Shown here: positions 51,964 through 61,990 of the stretch, one piece after another
Position numbering within the stretch: position 1 is the first letter of the stretch
Layout: every line of letters starts with the position of its first letter
NCBI GenBank assembly: GCA_022449545.1
Contig: JAKUPN010000002.1
Location: 123,255 to 187,254, forward strand
Direction of reading: 5' to 3'
Length of the DNA stretch: 64,000 nt
Source: Alphaproteobacteria bacterium
GTDB lineage: Bacteria; Pseudomonadota; Alphaproteobacteria; UBA6615
Translations under genes and position numbers: made by a program
Notes under the pieces: generated by a model
Seen by the model: the letters and a program-made list of their open reading frames with translations, nothing else
Databases searched by the model: none
What the model was told of the DNA's origin: nothing

Positions 51964-53490
51964 ATGAATACTCAAACAATAAATGATCTTATAAAAAAGG
52001 GTGGAGACAACGATACTGCGATAACAGGATCTGGACAAACGCCGTTAAATTATGGAGCTCTGAGGAAATTAGTTCATAGAACTGTATCTTCTCTTCGAAA
52101 AATGGGTGTAAATAGAAATGATCGTGTAGCGATAGTATTACCCAATGGACCTGAAATGGCTGCCACTTTTATATCTGTGGCGGCAGGGGCTACAGCTGCC
52201 CCATTAAACCCTAATTACCGTAGAGAAGAATTTAGCTTTTATCTTCAAGACCTTAATGCAAGAGTTCTTCTGGTTGAGAAAGGTAGTGAAAGCGAAGCTA
52301 TACACGTTGCTCATAGTCTTAATGTTCCAGTTCATGAGATCTTAGTTAGTGAGGGAGCACCTGCCGGCATGTTTAGGGTCAGCGGGTTTGATGAAGAAAA
52401 TGAGAATCAACTCCTAAAGGATCAGGACTATGCGACGTCATCAGATATTGCCTTGGTTTTACATACATCGGGTACCACTTCTAGGCCAAAAATAGTTCCT
52501 TTGACCCAAGCGAATATTTGTAACTCTGCGATAAATATTAGTAGCTCATTAGACCTCTCAATTGAGGATAGGTGCTTAAATATAATGCCGTTATTTCATA
52601 TTCATGGTCTGATTGCTGCAGTGTTATCCACTTTATCTGCTGGAGCCAGTATATATTGTTCGTCAGGATTTAATGCTCTTCAGGTCTTTAAGTGGTTTTC
52701 TAGCGAAGAACCCACATGGTTTACTGCAGTACCTACTATGCATCAGGCGATATTATCACGAGCAAATCGGAATTCGGATATTCTCGAGAAGATGAAATTA
52801 CGTCTAATCAGATCATCGTCTTCTTCTTTGGCACCACAAGTTATGGCTCAGCTCGAGGAGACGTTCCATTGCCCGGTTATAGAGGCGTATGGCATGACAG
52901 AGGCTGCCCATCAGATGGCTTCGAATCCCTTGCCACCATCTATAAGAAAACCGGGTTCAGTTGGGCTCGCAGCTGGACCTGAAATTAGAATTATGGATGA
53001 TAAGGGTAATTTCTTATCGTCTGAAACGGAAGGAGAAATTGTCATTCGAGGTTCTAATGTAACAAACGGATATGAAAATAATCCTACTGCAAACAGTGAT
53101 GCATTCGTTAACGGTTGGTTTAGGACTGGAGATCAGGGGGTTATTGATGGGGATGGCTATTTAAGCATTACCGGTAGACTTAAGGAGATTATAAACCGAG
53201 GAGGGGAAAAAATCTCTCCACGAGAGGTTGATGAGGTTCTTCTTGATCATCCTCAGGTAAATCAAGTAGTAACCTTCGGGTTTCCTCATGAAAAATTGGG
53301 AGAAGAAGTTGGTGTAGCAATTGTACTTGATGAAGATGCCAAAATAAATGAAAATGAAATAAGAGATTTTGCATCTGAGCGCCTATCTGATTTTAAGGTT
53401 CCGCGAAAGGTTATTTTTATAGATGAGATTCCAAAAGGAGCGACTGGTAAAATGCAGAGGATAGGTCTTCACAAGAAGCTTGGTTTATGA
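51964..53490 (+). CDS. AMP-dependent synthetase/ligase (short acyl-CoA synthetase, oxalate--CoA ligase-like)
   Basis: It has the AMP-binding motif LHTSGTTSRPK plus TEAAHQ, GWFRTGD and a conserved C-terminal K. The start is placed at the ATG at 51964, which has a GGGAG RBS. Confidence 0.7.
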   Translation: MNTQTINDLIKKGGDNDTAITGSGQTPLNYGALRKLVHRTVSSLRKMGVNRNDRVAIVLPNGPEMAATFISVAAGATAAPLNPNYRREEFSFYLQDLNARVLLVEKGSESEAIHVAHSLNVPVHEILVSEGAPAGMFRVSGFDEENENQLLKDQDYATSSDIALVLHTSGTTSRPKIVPLTQANICNSAINISSSLDLSIEDRCLNIMPLFHIHGLIAAVLSTLSAGASIYCSSGFNALQVFKWFSSEEPTWFTAVPTMHQAILSRANRNSDILEKMKLRLIRSSSSSLAPQVMAQLEETFHCPVIEAYGMTEAAHQMASNPLPPSIRKPGSVGLAAGPEIRIMDDKGNFLSSETEGEIVIRGSNVTNGYENNPTANSDAFVNGWFRTGDQGVIDGDGYLSITGRLKEIINRGGEKISPREVDEVLLDHPQVNQVVTFGFPHEKLGEEVGVAIVLDEDAKINENEIRDFASERLSDFKVPRKVIFIDEIPKGATGKMQRIGLHKKLGL

Positions 53491-53508
53491 GGTTGCTGAG
53501 GTGATGGA

Positions 53509-54495
53509 GTGAAAGTTTGCATATATGGTGCAGGGGCCATAGGTGGCTATTTGGCTGTCCAATTAGAATTAAATAAAAGTGCTGAAGTTACTTGTATTGC
53601 AAGGGGACCACATCTTGAAGCAATGCGTTCTCAGGGATTGAAGATTCATATTGGTGATAAAGAGCTGACTGCCAAGGTTAATTGTACCGATAATCCTGCT
53701 GAAATTGGAAAACAGGATTATGTAGTTATAACATTAAAAGCCCATTCTACAGCTTCAATGGCTGAACAAATTACACCTTTATTAGGGTCTAATACATCGG
53801 TTGTTACAGCCCAAAATGGTGTGCCTTGGTGGTACTTTTACAAGCTGGGAGGTCCTTTTGAAGGCAAGAGACTAAGTTCTGTAGATCCTGGAAATAAACA
53901 GTGGGACTATATTGGGCCTGAACGCGTTATAGGGTGTGTTGTCTATCCCGCTTCTTATATAGCTAAACCGGGCGTTATCGTACATGAGTATGGTAATCGG
54001 TTTAGTTTGGGGGAGCCCAGTGGAGAAAAGACAGAAAGAATAAACAATCTATCATCAATATTAACTGGAGCAGAATTGCGGGCACCTGTTCGTTCTAAAA
54101 TACGTGATGAGATGTGGATAAAGTTATGGGGCAATGTCAGTCTAAACCCTATAAGTGTTTTAACTGGTGGTACTTTAGCTCAAATGATAGATGATAAAGA
54201 AGTGAGAGAGTTAATCAGTCAAGTAATGACTGAGGCACAATTAGTTGGTGAGTCTCTCGGAGTAAAGTTTGCTGTAGATGTAGACAAACGAATAGATGGA
54301 GCACGTGAAGTTGGAGAACACAAAACCTCAATGCTACAAGACCTGGAGCTTGGTAGACAAATGGAGATTGATGCTTTGATAGCATCTGTACAAGAGTTAG
54401 CCCGCTTGGTGGGAGTTTCCACTCCTACGATAGATAGCGTTCTATCACTGGTCAAACTAAAGGCTCGTCTAGCGAACTGTTACTCTTCTCAATGA
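53509..54495 (+). CDS. 2-dehydropantoate 2-reductase family (PanE/ApbA) oxidoreductase
   Basis: It has an N-terminal Rossmann motif (KVCIYGAGAIGGY) and a ketopantoate reductase C-terminal domain. Confidence 0.7.
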   Translation: MKVCIYGAGAIGGYLAVQLELNKSAEVTCIARGPHLEAMRSQGLKIHIGDKELTAKVNCTDNPAEIGKQDYVVITLKAHSTASMAEQITPLLGSNTSVVTAQNGVPWWYFYKLGGPFEGKRLSSVDPGNKQWDYIGPERVIGCVVYPASYIAKPGVIVHEYGNRFSLGEPSGEKTERINNLSSILTGAELRAPVRSKIRDEMWIKLWGNVSLNPISVLTGGTLAQMIDDKEVRELISQVMTEAQLVGESLGVKFAVDVDKRIDGAREVGEHKTSMLQDLELGRQMEIDALIASVQELARLVGVSTPTIDSVLSLVKLKARLANCYSSQ

Positions 54496-54570
54496 AAGAA
54501 GAAAATTTAAAGGGCATTTGTACAGAGATTTATGAAATCGATTGTTTGATTAATCTTATTCAGAGAGTTT

Positions 54571-55632
54571 ATGAGCAATAACGTCATAGAATTAGAAACA
54601 TCTTCGGTCATCGGGCTGAATGCGATAATTATAGCTGTGACCGATGAGGTGCCCCGTATTCTTACTGTTTACGACGTAGGTCAATTGTCCTTGAGCCCTC
54701 TATCATCAGGTCAAATGGAACCAATTATCGATGATAAAGTTGCACTTCCATTTGGCCCATTTGATCCAAAAATTCACCGTACACTGGAGCTCGGTTTACA
54801 CAACTGGGTTGAAAAACAAACTGGTCTAGACCTTGGTTATGTAGAACAACTTTATACTTTTGGTGACCGACATAGGGATCCGTATGAAAGAGCCGGTGGC
54901 CCTCGATTGGTCTCCGTAGGTTATATTGCTCTGGTTCGTCAGGTTCCCTTATCTGGTAGTGGGGAAGCTGAATGGCATAATTGGTATGATTTTTTTCCCT
55001 GGGAAGATTGGAGAGAGGGTCGTCCTATTATTATTGATAATATCATTAAGCCTAATTTGAAACATTGGGTTGAACATATAGTTGATAGTCAAGAACGGGA
55101 AATAAATCGAGAAAGATTTTCGATTGCTTTTGGGATAGAGCCAGCTGGATGGGACTTTGAAAGAGTACTGGAAAGGTATGAACTATTATATGAAGCTGGA
55201 ATGATTGGAGAAGCAATTCGTGACTCACAAATAAGAGCTTTTATATCTGGGCAGTCAGCTCCAGATGTTGAGGATAAGAGAGTTGAGATAGCTAAGAGCT
55301 TGGGTACAATTATGGCTCTAGATAATCGTCGAATTTTGGCAACAGCATTAGGCCGTATTCGGGGCAAACTGAAATACCGTCCTGTAGTTTTTGATCTCTT
55401 ACCCGCAACATTCACACTTCTACAGTTACAGCTCGTAGTTGAAGCGTTGGGTGGCGTTAGATTACACAAACAAAATTTTCGACGCTTAGTTGTTACAGGA
55501 GGTTTGGTTGAAGCTACAGGACAAAGGGATAGCCTAAGCCGAGGAAGACCAGCAGAGCTATTCAGGTTTCGAAGGGAGGCCATTAGTGAACGCACCGCTT
55601 CTGGGGTTGGGTTACCGGCGGCCAGATTTTAG
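54571..55632 (+). CDS. nrtR: NrtR-like Nudix-related transcriptional regulator (degenerate Nudix domain + C-terminal winged helix)
   Basis: The product is about 350 aa. Its N-terminal Nudix-like fold lacks an intact Nudix box. The C-terminal region FTLLQLQLVVEALGG resembles the NrtR wHTH signature. It lies immediately upstream of nadA-nadB-nadC on the same strand. Confidence 0.55.
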   Translation: MSNNVIELETSSVIGLNAIIIAVTDEVPRILTVYDVGQLSLSPLSSGQMEPIIDDKVALPFGPFDPKIHRTLELGLHNWVEKQTGLDLGYVEQLYTFGDRHRDPYERAGGPRLVSVGYIALVRQVPLSGSGEAEWHNWYDFFPWEDWREGRPIIIDNIIKPNLKHWVEHIVDSQEREINRERFSIAFGIEPAGWDFERVLERYELLYEAGMIGEAIRDSQIRAFISGQSAPDVEDKRVEIAKSLGTIMALDNRRILATALGRIRGKLKYRPVVFDLLPATFTLLQLQLVVEALGGVRLHKQNFRRLVVTGGLVEATGQRDSLSRGRPAELFRFRREAISERTASGVGLPAARF

Positions 55633-55699
55633 CGTAATTAATTTGATCACTAGTTCTCACAAGCGCGTATTTACCTTGACACCTTTAAGGTCACTATGA

Positions 55700-55720
55700 G
55701 AGCATTATATAAATATGCTC
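55700..55720. promoter_or_regulatory. 21-bp palindrome GAGCAT-N9-ATGCTC overlapping a TATATAAAT -10-like element, 47 nt upstream of nadA; candidate NrtR operator
   Basis: It has perfect 6-bp inverted arms with an AT-rich 9-bp spacer, flanked by TATGAG repeats. It lies in the nrtR-nadA intergenic region. Confidence 0.4.
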
Positions 55721-55766
55721 ATTATGAGTATATTTATTTAAAACAGAAGTTCTAGAGAGCCTAATT

Positions 55767-56771
55767 ATGAGTCATACTGCGGGACTAGAATACACCCCAA
55801 ACGTCGCTTTAGCGACAAAACATATTTATGAACGCGTTAAAGATGTTATTCCTGATTTTGAATGGCCGGTGCATGCGCCATATGTGGCGGAAATTAATCG
55901 TCTTAAGAAAGAGAGGAATGCGGTTATTCTGGCGCATAACTATATGACACCAGAGATATTTCATGGAGTGGCTGATATCGTTGGTGACTCTCTGGCATTA
56001 GCGCGGAAAGCATCAGAAACGGATGCAGAAGTGATAGTTTTGGCCGGTGTTCATTTTATGGCCGAGACAGCTAAATTATTAAGCCCAGAAAAAACGGTAA
56101 TTATGCCTGATATGAAAGCTGGTTGTTCATTAGCTTCTTCAATAACAGGAGCCGATGTTCGTCTTTTACGTGAAAAATACCCAGATGTACCTGTGGTTAC
56201 ATATGTGAACACCTCTGCAGAGGTTAAGGCTGAATCAGATATTTGTTGTACGTCTGGTAACGCTGTAAAAATAGTCGAATCATTGGGCGTGGATCGCGTT
56301 ATTTGTTTACCTGACCAATATCTTGCCAGATATATTGCAGGTCAAACTGATGTCGAAGTTATTTACTGGGAAGGAAGTTGTGAAGTTCACGAACGTTTCA
56401 CTGGAGAGGAATTAAGAGAATATCGACAGCAGTTTGAAAAGATAGTGATAGTAGCACATCCAGAATGTCCTCAAGACGTTTTAGAAGAGGCAGACTTCGT
56501 TGGGTCAACGGCAAATATGATAAACTATGTAGATGATGCCCAACCTGAGAGAGTTTTATTAGTTACCGAGTGCTCAATGAGTGATAACGTAGCTGTGGAG
56601 CACCCGAATGTTAACTTTATAAGGCCCTGTAACCTATGTCCTCATATGAAACTAATTACCCTGCCTAAAATTTATGAGGCTTTGATAAACATGTCACCGA
56701 CTGTTGAGGTAAGCCCAATTATTGCGGAGAGGGCAGCCATTACCGTGGAAAAAATGCTGGCTATTAAGTGA
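55767..56771 (+). CDS. nadA: quinolinate synthase
   Basis: It has the NadA motifs and Cys ligands (AHNYM, CSMSD). Confidence 0.9.
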   Translation: MSHTAGLEYTPNVALATKHIYERVKDVIPDFEWPVHAPYVAEINRLKKERNAVILAHNYMTPEIFHGVADIVGDSLALARKASETDAEVIVLAGVHFMAETAKLLSPEKTVIMPDMKAGCSLASSITGADVRLLREKYPDVPVVTYVNTSAEVKAESDICCTSGNAVKIVESLGVDRVICLPDQYLARYIAGQTDVEVIYWEGSCEVHERFTGEELREYRQQFEKIVIVAHPECPQDVLEEADFVGSTANMINYVDDAQPERVLLVTECSMSDNVAVEHPNVNFIRPCNLCPHMKLITLPKIYEALINMSPTVEVSPIIAERAAITVEKMLAIK

Positions 56772-56788
56772 CTGCCTAAATATTTGTA

Positions 56789-58477
56789 ATGAATGTTGTA
56801 CGGTCTAATCGGCCCAAAGTATGTGTTATAAAACATTCCGAAATCATTGTAATTGGTTCCGGTATAGCGGGTATGTTTGCGGCTCTTCGTCTAGCCCCTC
56901 GAAAAGTCACTTTATTGACCAAGACCCCAAGTTTAACTGGAGGTTCTACGGCATGGGCTCAGGGCGGCATAGCTGCGGCAGTTGGTCTGACTGACTCACC
57001 TCAAGATCATGCTTCTGACACTATACTAGCAGGGGCAGGGCTGAATGTGTCTTCAGCAGTTGAGGTATTAACTTCTGAGGGTGCTGATAGATTAAATGAG
57101 CTTATCTCAATGGGTGCTCCATTCGACCGAGATGATAAAGGTAAAATTATTCTTGGTCGCGAGGCAGCCCATGGACAGAGGAGAATCGTTCATGCAGGAG
57201 GTGATTCGACAGGTCATCATGTTCATAAGTGGTTGTCAGAATTGGTCGTTAATACCCCATCAATTGAAGTTAAAGAATCTGCATTTGCCTGGGAGTTAGT
57301 TGTCGATAGAAACCATATTTGTGGTGTGCTTATATACCAACACAAAGAAGGTTGGGTCTTTCACCAGGCGCCGTTTGTTGTGATCGCTACTGGCGGGTCA
57401 GGACAACTTTTTTCAGCTACCACAAATCCCAGTGAAGCAACAGCAGATGGTTTGGCCATGGCTATAAGGGCAGGCCTTAAGGTTGCAGATCTCGAGTTTG
57501 TTCAATTTCATCCAACGGCCCTTTCAATGTCGAGAACGTCAAAAGATTCGCCAATGCCCCTTATAACAGAAGCTCTTCGTGGGGAAGGAGCTACTTTACT
57601 TGATAGTAAAGGTCATAGGTTTATGAAAGATCTGCATTCAGAAGCGGAGTTGGCGCCACGTGATATAGTTGCCAGAGCAATTTGGGAACGGCTCATTGAT
57701 GGAGATAGAATTTATTTGGATATTAGAGATGTTCTCTCACGTAACTTGGATAACAGGTTCCCAACAGTCCAGTCTATCTGTGCTGAAGCAGGAATTGACC
57801 CAAAAATTGAAATGATTCCTGTTGCTCCTGCTGCGCATTACCATATGGGAGGTATAGCGGCAGATGAGTCTGGTAGGACCTCACTTCAGGGCTTATGGGT
57901 CTGTGGTGAGGCTGCCTCTACAGGAGCTCATGGTGCTAACCGTCTAGCTAGCAATTCATTACTAGAAGGATTAGTTTTTGGGCATCGGGTAGCAGAGGAT
58001 ATATTACAAAAAAAAGCTTATTCAAAAAATAATAGTGAAGTGTGTGTCCCTATAATCCCAGAACTTAATGAGAAAATAACTGCAGAGAATCTCACTAAGG
58101 GGTTAAGAAAATTGATGTATGAAAAAGTTGGGTTAAGACGTAATGCATCGGATTTAGAGTCGGCGATAGCCTCACACCAAAAGCTGGCAAAAAAGATAGG
58201 AGCCTTTGAGACTAGAATATCAAATAGATCTCCAACTTTCATTCAGGTTCGTGAATGGGGTGAACTCCGTAATCTGGCTCTTGTAGGTCACTTAGTAGCA
58301 GTTGCTTCTTTAAAAAGGTGTGAGAGTCGTGGTGCACATTATCGAACTGACTTTCCTAATCTTGATCCCGGGCTTGCGATCCGAAAGTACTTTACATACG
58401 AAGATATAAATTCAAATTCTGAGGGGACTAGCTTTGATGAGACAAAAAGAAAGTCAAAAAATGCTATATCCAATTAG
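56789..58477 (+). CDS. nadB: L-aspartate oxidase
   Basis: It has an FAD motif (IVIGSGIAGMFAA) and a succinate DH/fumarate reductase-like flavoprotein pattern (RHAGG, GEAASTGAHGANRLASNSL). Confidence 0.9.
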   Translation: MNVVRSNRPKVCVIKHSEIIVIGSGIAGMFAALRLAPRKVTLLTKTPSLTGGSTAWAQGGIAAAVGLTDSPQDHASDTILAGAGLNVSSAVEVLTSEGADRLNELISMGAPFDRDDKGKIILGREAAHGQRRIVHAGGDSTGHHVHKWLSELVVNTPSIEVKESAFAWELVVDRNHICGVLIYQHKEGWVFHQAPFVVIATGGSGQLFSATTNPSEATADGLAMAIRAGLKVADLEFVQFHPTALSMSRTSKDSPMPLITEALRGEGATLLDSKGHRFMKDLHSEAELAPRDIVARAIWERLIDGDRIYLDIRDVLSRNLDNRFPTVQSICAEAGIDPKIEMIPVAPAAHYHMGGIAADESGRTSLQGLWVCGEAASTGAHGANRLASNSLLEGLVFGHRVAEDILQKKAYSKNNSEVCVPIIPELNEKITAENLTKGLRKLMYEKVGLRRNASDLESAIASHQKLAKKIGAFETRISNRSPTFIQVREWGELRNLALVGHLVAVASLKRCESRGAHYRTDFPNLDPGLAIRKYFTYEDINSNSEGTSFDETKRKSKNAISN

Positions 58478-59303
58478 TTATAAAACGATTATTGAACGAG
58501 CTCTGGAAGAAGACCTAGGAGTGGCAGGGGACGTTACTACCGATTCTATAGTTAACCCAAAATCACTTGCCACTGCTAGTATTGTAGCTCGTAATGAAGG
58601 TAGAATCTCTGGGCTGGAAGTAGCACTTAATGTATTTACTATGATAGATGATAGTGTTTCTGTTCAGGCTAAATATTATGATGGCGATGATGTTCCTCAA
58701 GGTAGTACCTTAGCTGTTATATCTGGATCAGCTAGGTCGATATTGACTGCTGAAAGAACTGCTTTGAATATTTTGGGGAGGATGTCTGGTATTGCAACTG
58801 CGACAAGGGGTCTAGTAACTGCCATTTGTAATTCTTCCGCTCGTATTATTTGCACACGTAAAACCGCGCCAGGATTACGTGTTCTTGATAAATATTCAGT
58901 AAAAGTGGGAGGGGGACTTAACCATCGTTTCGGACTGAACGATGGAGTCTTAATTAAGGATAATCATCGAATAATGGCGGGTGGAGTTGTGCCGGCAATT
59001 GAATTAGTCAGGCTAAACCTTGGTCATATGGTTAAGGTCGAGTTAGAGGTAGATACTTTGTCTGAATTAGAAGAAGCGTTAACGCTTGGTGTAGATGCTG
59101 TCTTGTTAGATAACATGAGTATTGAATTATTAAATGAAGCTGTCGCTATGGTAGATGGTCGAATAATCACCGAGGCCTCTGGCGGAATTACGCCAACTAA
59201 TATAACTGATGTTGCGGCATCCGGGGTAGATCTTATTTCACTTGGTTGGTTAACTCACAGTATTGACAACTGGGATGTTGGTCTTGATTTTGAACCAACA
59301 TAA
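58461..59303 (+). CDS. nadC: nicotinate-nucleotide pyrophosphorylase (carboxylating)
   Basis: It has the QPRTase pattern. The start is set to the ATG at 58461, which overlaps the nadB end by 17 nt. Confidence 0.85.
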   Translation: MLYPISYKTIIERALEEDLGVAGDVTTDSIVNPKSLATASIVARNEGRISGLEVALNVFTMIDDSVSVQAKYYDGDDVPQGSTLAVISGSARSILTAERTALNILGRMSGIATATRGLVTAICNSSARIICTRKTAPGLRVLDKYSVKVGGGLNHRFGLNDGVLIKDNHRIMAGGVVPAIELVRLNLGHMVKVELEVDTLSELEEALTLGVDAVLLDNMSIELLNEAVAMVDGRIITEASGGITPTNITDVAASGVDLISLGWLTHSIDNWDVGLDFEPT

Positions 59304-59307
59304 TACC

Positions 59308-60462
59308 CTAGAGATTGCTGTACGCAGCTTTAACGATGGCCTCGGTACGAATGCCGGCACCTAACCTTTCGCTCATTAAGTTTGATACAAAACCAAGGGA
59401 AAGATTTTCACTTGGATCAGCAAGTGCACGAGTGCCTCCAGATCCAAGATGACCGAATGAGTCAGCATTGGGGCCAAATAGATGATTCGTGTTCTTAAAA
59501 AACCCAATACTCATTTTTATTTCTTGTCCTGTTGTGCCATCAGATTCTTCGTACCATTGATCCTCAGTGGCTTTTTTTATTGTTTTACTAGTGGCCAATT
59601 GAACTCCATCAATTTCACCACCATTGGCTAGTGCAGCATAAATTCGTGCTATTCCTCTAGCTGTTCCAAATCCTCCAAAGGAAGGCAAAGCTCCTAGGCG
59701 AAAATCAAGCGTATTGTGAGTAGCAGCATTCATAGTGCTGGGCATTGCCTTCCAGGCACGAGCTAATGGGCTGCCCGGTGTAGCAGCGCTTTTCATAGAA
59801 AATCCTACTGAGTTTGGACAAATATCAGCTACGCGGTCTATATCTTCTTTATCAACACCTATTTTGAACTCAGCATTAAGTGGAGTACAGATATTATCTC
59901 TTACAAAATCTCGAATTGAGAGACCCGAAACCCGGCGCACTATTTCACCGGCCATATAGCCAATGTTAACAGTGTTATAAGCTCCTTTCGTTTCTGGAGG
60001 CCACGCTGGTTCTTGAGATTCAATCACTTTTATCATTCGATCATAATCGTAGATATCGCCAGCTGCCGCTGAATCATTAAAGCAGATGCCACAAAAGTGA
60101 GACAGGACGTGACGAACCTTAATTGACTCTTTACCATTTTGTGAAAAATCAGGCCAATATTTTGCTACAGGAGATTCTAAATCAACGAGTCCTCTATCTG
60201 CCAGTATATGAACAGATAATATAGATAGACTTTTTGTAATTGAGTAGACGGCACACAGGGTGTCTTCTTTCCAAGGAATGAGTCGTTTAGCGTCCTGATG
60301 CCCGCCCCACAGATCAACAACTTTCTCCCCTTTATGGTATATACAAACAGCACTGCCTATTTCGTTATGTGAAGAAAAGTTATTTTCTAACTCTATCCTG
60401 ACTGCATTAAAGTCAGGGTGACATTCCCCTTGCACCTCAACGTATTCTTTTTTTTCGGTCAT
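59308..60462 (-). CDS. serine hydrolase, beta-lactamase (class C/esterase) family
   Basis: It has the S-x-x-K motif SITK and a beta-lactamase fold pattern. Confidence 0.65.
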   Translation of the reverse strand: MTEKKEYVEVQGECHPDFNAVRIELENNFSSHNEIGSAVCIYHKGEKVVDLWGGHQDAKRLIPWKEDTLCAVYSITKSLSILSVHILADRGLVDLESPVAKYWPDFSQNGKESIKVRHVLSHFCGICFNDSAAAGDIYDYDRMIKVIESQEPAWPPETKGAYNTVNIGYMAGEIVRRVSGLSIRDFVRDNICTPLNAEFKIGVDKEDIDRVADICPNSVGFSMKSAATPGSPLARAWKAMPSTMNAATHNTLDFRLGALPSFGGFGTARGIARIYAALANGGEIDGVQLATSKTIKKATEDQWYEESDGTTGQEIKMSIGFFKNTNHLFGPNADSFGHLGSGGTRALADPSENLSLGFVSNLMSERLGAGIRTEAIVKAAYSNL

Positions 60463-60465
60463 CTT

Positions 60466-61989
60466 TTACTCCTTATTTAAATTTTTATTTTGCAAGGGTT
60501 TAAACATTGTTAATTTTTGGACTGCGTCTTTCCAATCAGCTAAAAGTTTTAATCTTTCTGTTTCATCAATACTTGGATAAAAAAGGCGATCTTTTTTCCT
60601 TAAATTTTCTATATCTTCCAATTTTGAATAGAGGCCTGAGTCTAGGCCAGCAAGAAATGCAGCTCCTAGGGCAGTAGTCTCTAATATTCGAGGCCTAGCA
60701 ACTTTAATACTAAGGATATTAGATAAATACTGAACAAACCAATCATTTTCTGTCATGCCGCCATCTATCTGCAGCGATTGTAATGGTTGTCCAAGGTCGT
60801 CTTCCATTGCTTTTATAATGTCGTAACTCTGATAAGTAACTGCTTCAAGCGAAGCTCTCGCAATTTCAGCGCGGCCCGTTTCTAGGGTTAGTCCAAAAAT
60901 AGCACCACGAGCCACAGAGTTCCAATAAGGGGCTCCCAACCCGGTAAATGCGGGTACTATATATATCCCTTTATTTGATGAAATGCTTTTTGCGAGTTCT
61001 TCGGATTCACTAGCCGAACCAATTAATTTTAATCCGTCTCGTAGCCACTGAATGGTTGCTCCAGCACTAAAAATACTACCTTCAATCGAATAAGTTGGTT
61101 TTCCATTAATTCTGTAGGCTAGTGTAGTTAGTAGACCCTTTTTAGAAATTTTAGGTTTTTCACCGGTATTCATTAATAAAAAACACCCTGTTCCATATGT
61201 TGCTTTTATTGCGCCATATTTAATACAAGCTTGTCCAATCGCTGCAGCCTGCTGGTCACCAACCATAGAGTTTATTTTTATCTGGCAGTCAAATAAACCA
61301 GATTTAGTAGTACCAAAAAAGCTTGTACTATCACGTACCTCCGGCAGTATTGATACTGGAATACGCCACAAAGATAATAAATCTTCGTCCCATTTTTGAT
61401 TATGTATATTAAATAAAAGAGTGCGGCTGGCGTTAGTGGCATCTGTTAAGTGGACTTTATCGTCCGTGAGACGCCATAAAAGAAAACTATCAATTGTTCC
61501 GAACGCTAATCGACCAGCTTCAGCATTTTTTCTTGCCCCACTTACATTGTCTAGTATCCATGATATTTTGCTCGCAGAGAAATAAGGGTTGATAGTTAAT
61601 CCAGTTTTTTTAGAAACAAGTTTCTCATTATCCGAATTTGAGAGGTTTTCGCATGCTTTTGAGGTCCTCTGATCTTGCCATACAATTGCATTATAGATAG
61701 GTTCCCCTGTTTTTTTGTCCCATAAAACGGTTGTTTCGCGCTGATTTGTAATCCCAATTGTATTAACCTTTAGCCCCAGATCTGCACAGTCTGAAAGTGT
61801 TTTTCTTATTACTTCCACTGTAGCGTTCCAAATGTCTTCAGGATCTTGTTCCACCCAATCTAGTTGGGGAAATATTTGCTTAAGTTCCTTTTGATAAGTG
61901 ATTATTTGAGACCCGGAGTCATCGAATATTATGGCTCTAGTGCTAGTAGTGCCTTGGTCTAGTGCTAAAATGTAATTCTTTTCTATCAC
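60466..61989 (-). CDS. glpK: glycerol kinase
   Basis: It has ALDQGTTSTRAIIFD and WVEQDPEDIW. A GTG start at 61989 with a GAGG RBS is preferred over the longer track ORF. Confidence 0.85.
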   Translation of the reverse strand: MIEKNYILALDQGTTSTRAIIFDDSGSQIITYQKELKQIFPQLDWVEQDPEDIWNATVEVIRKTLSDCADLGLKVNTIGITNQRETTVLWDKKTGEPIYNAIVWQDQRTSKACENLSNSDNEKLVSKKTGLTINPYFSASKISWILDNVSGARKNAEAGRLAFGTIDSFLLWRLTDDKVHLTDATNASRTLLFNIHNQKWDEDLLSLWRIPVSILPEVRDSTSFFGTTKSGLFDCQIKINSMVGDQQAAAIGQACIKYGAIKATYGTGCFLLMNTGEKPKISKKGLLTTLAYRINGKPTYSIEGSIFSAGATIQWLRDGLKLIGSASESEELAKSISSNKGIYIVPAFTGLGAPYWNSVARGAIFGLTLETGRAEIARASLEAVTYQSYDIIKAMEDDLGQPLQSLQIDGGMTENDWFVQYLSNILSIKVARPRILETTALGAAFLAGLDSGLYSKLEDIENLRKKDRLFYPSIDETERLKLLADWKDAVQKLTMFKPLQNKNLNKE

Positions 61990-61990
61990 T

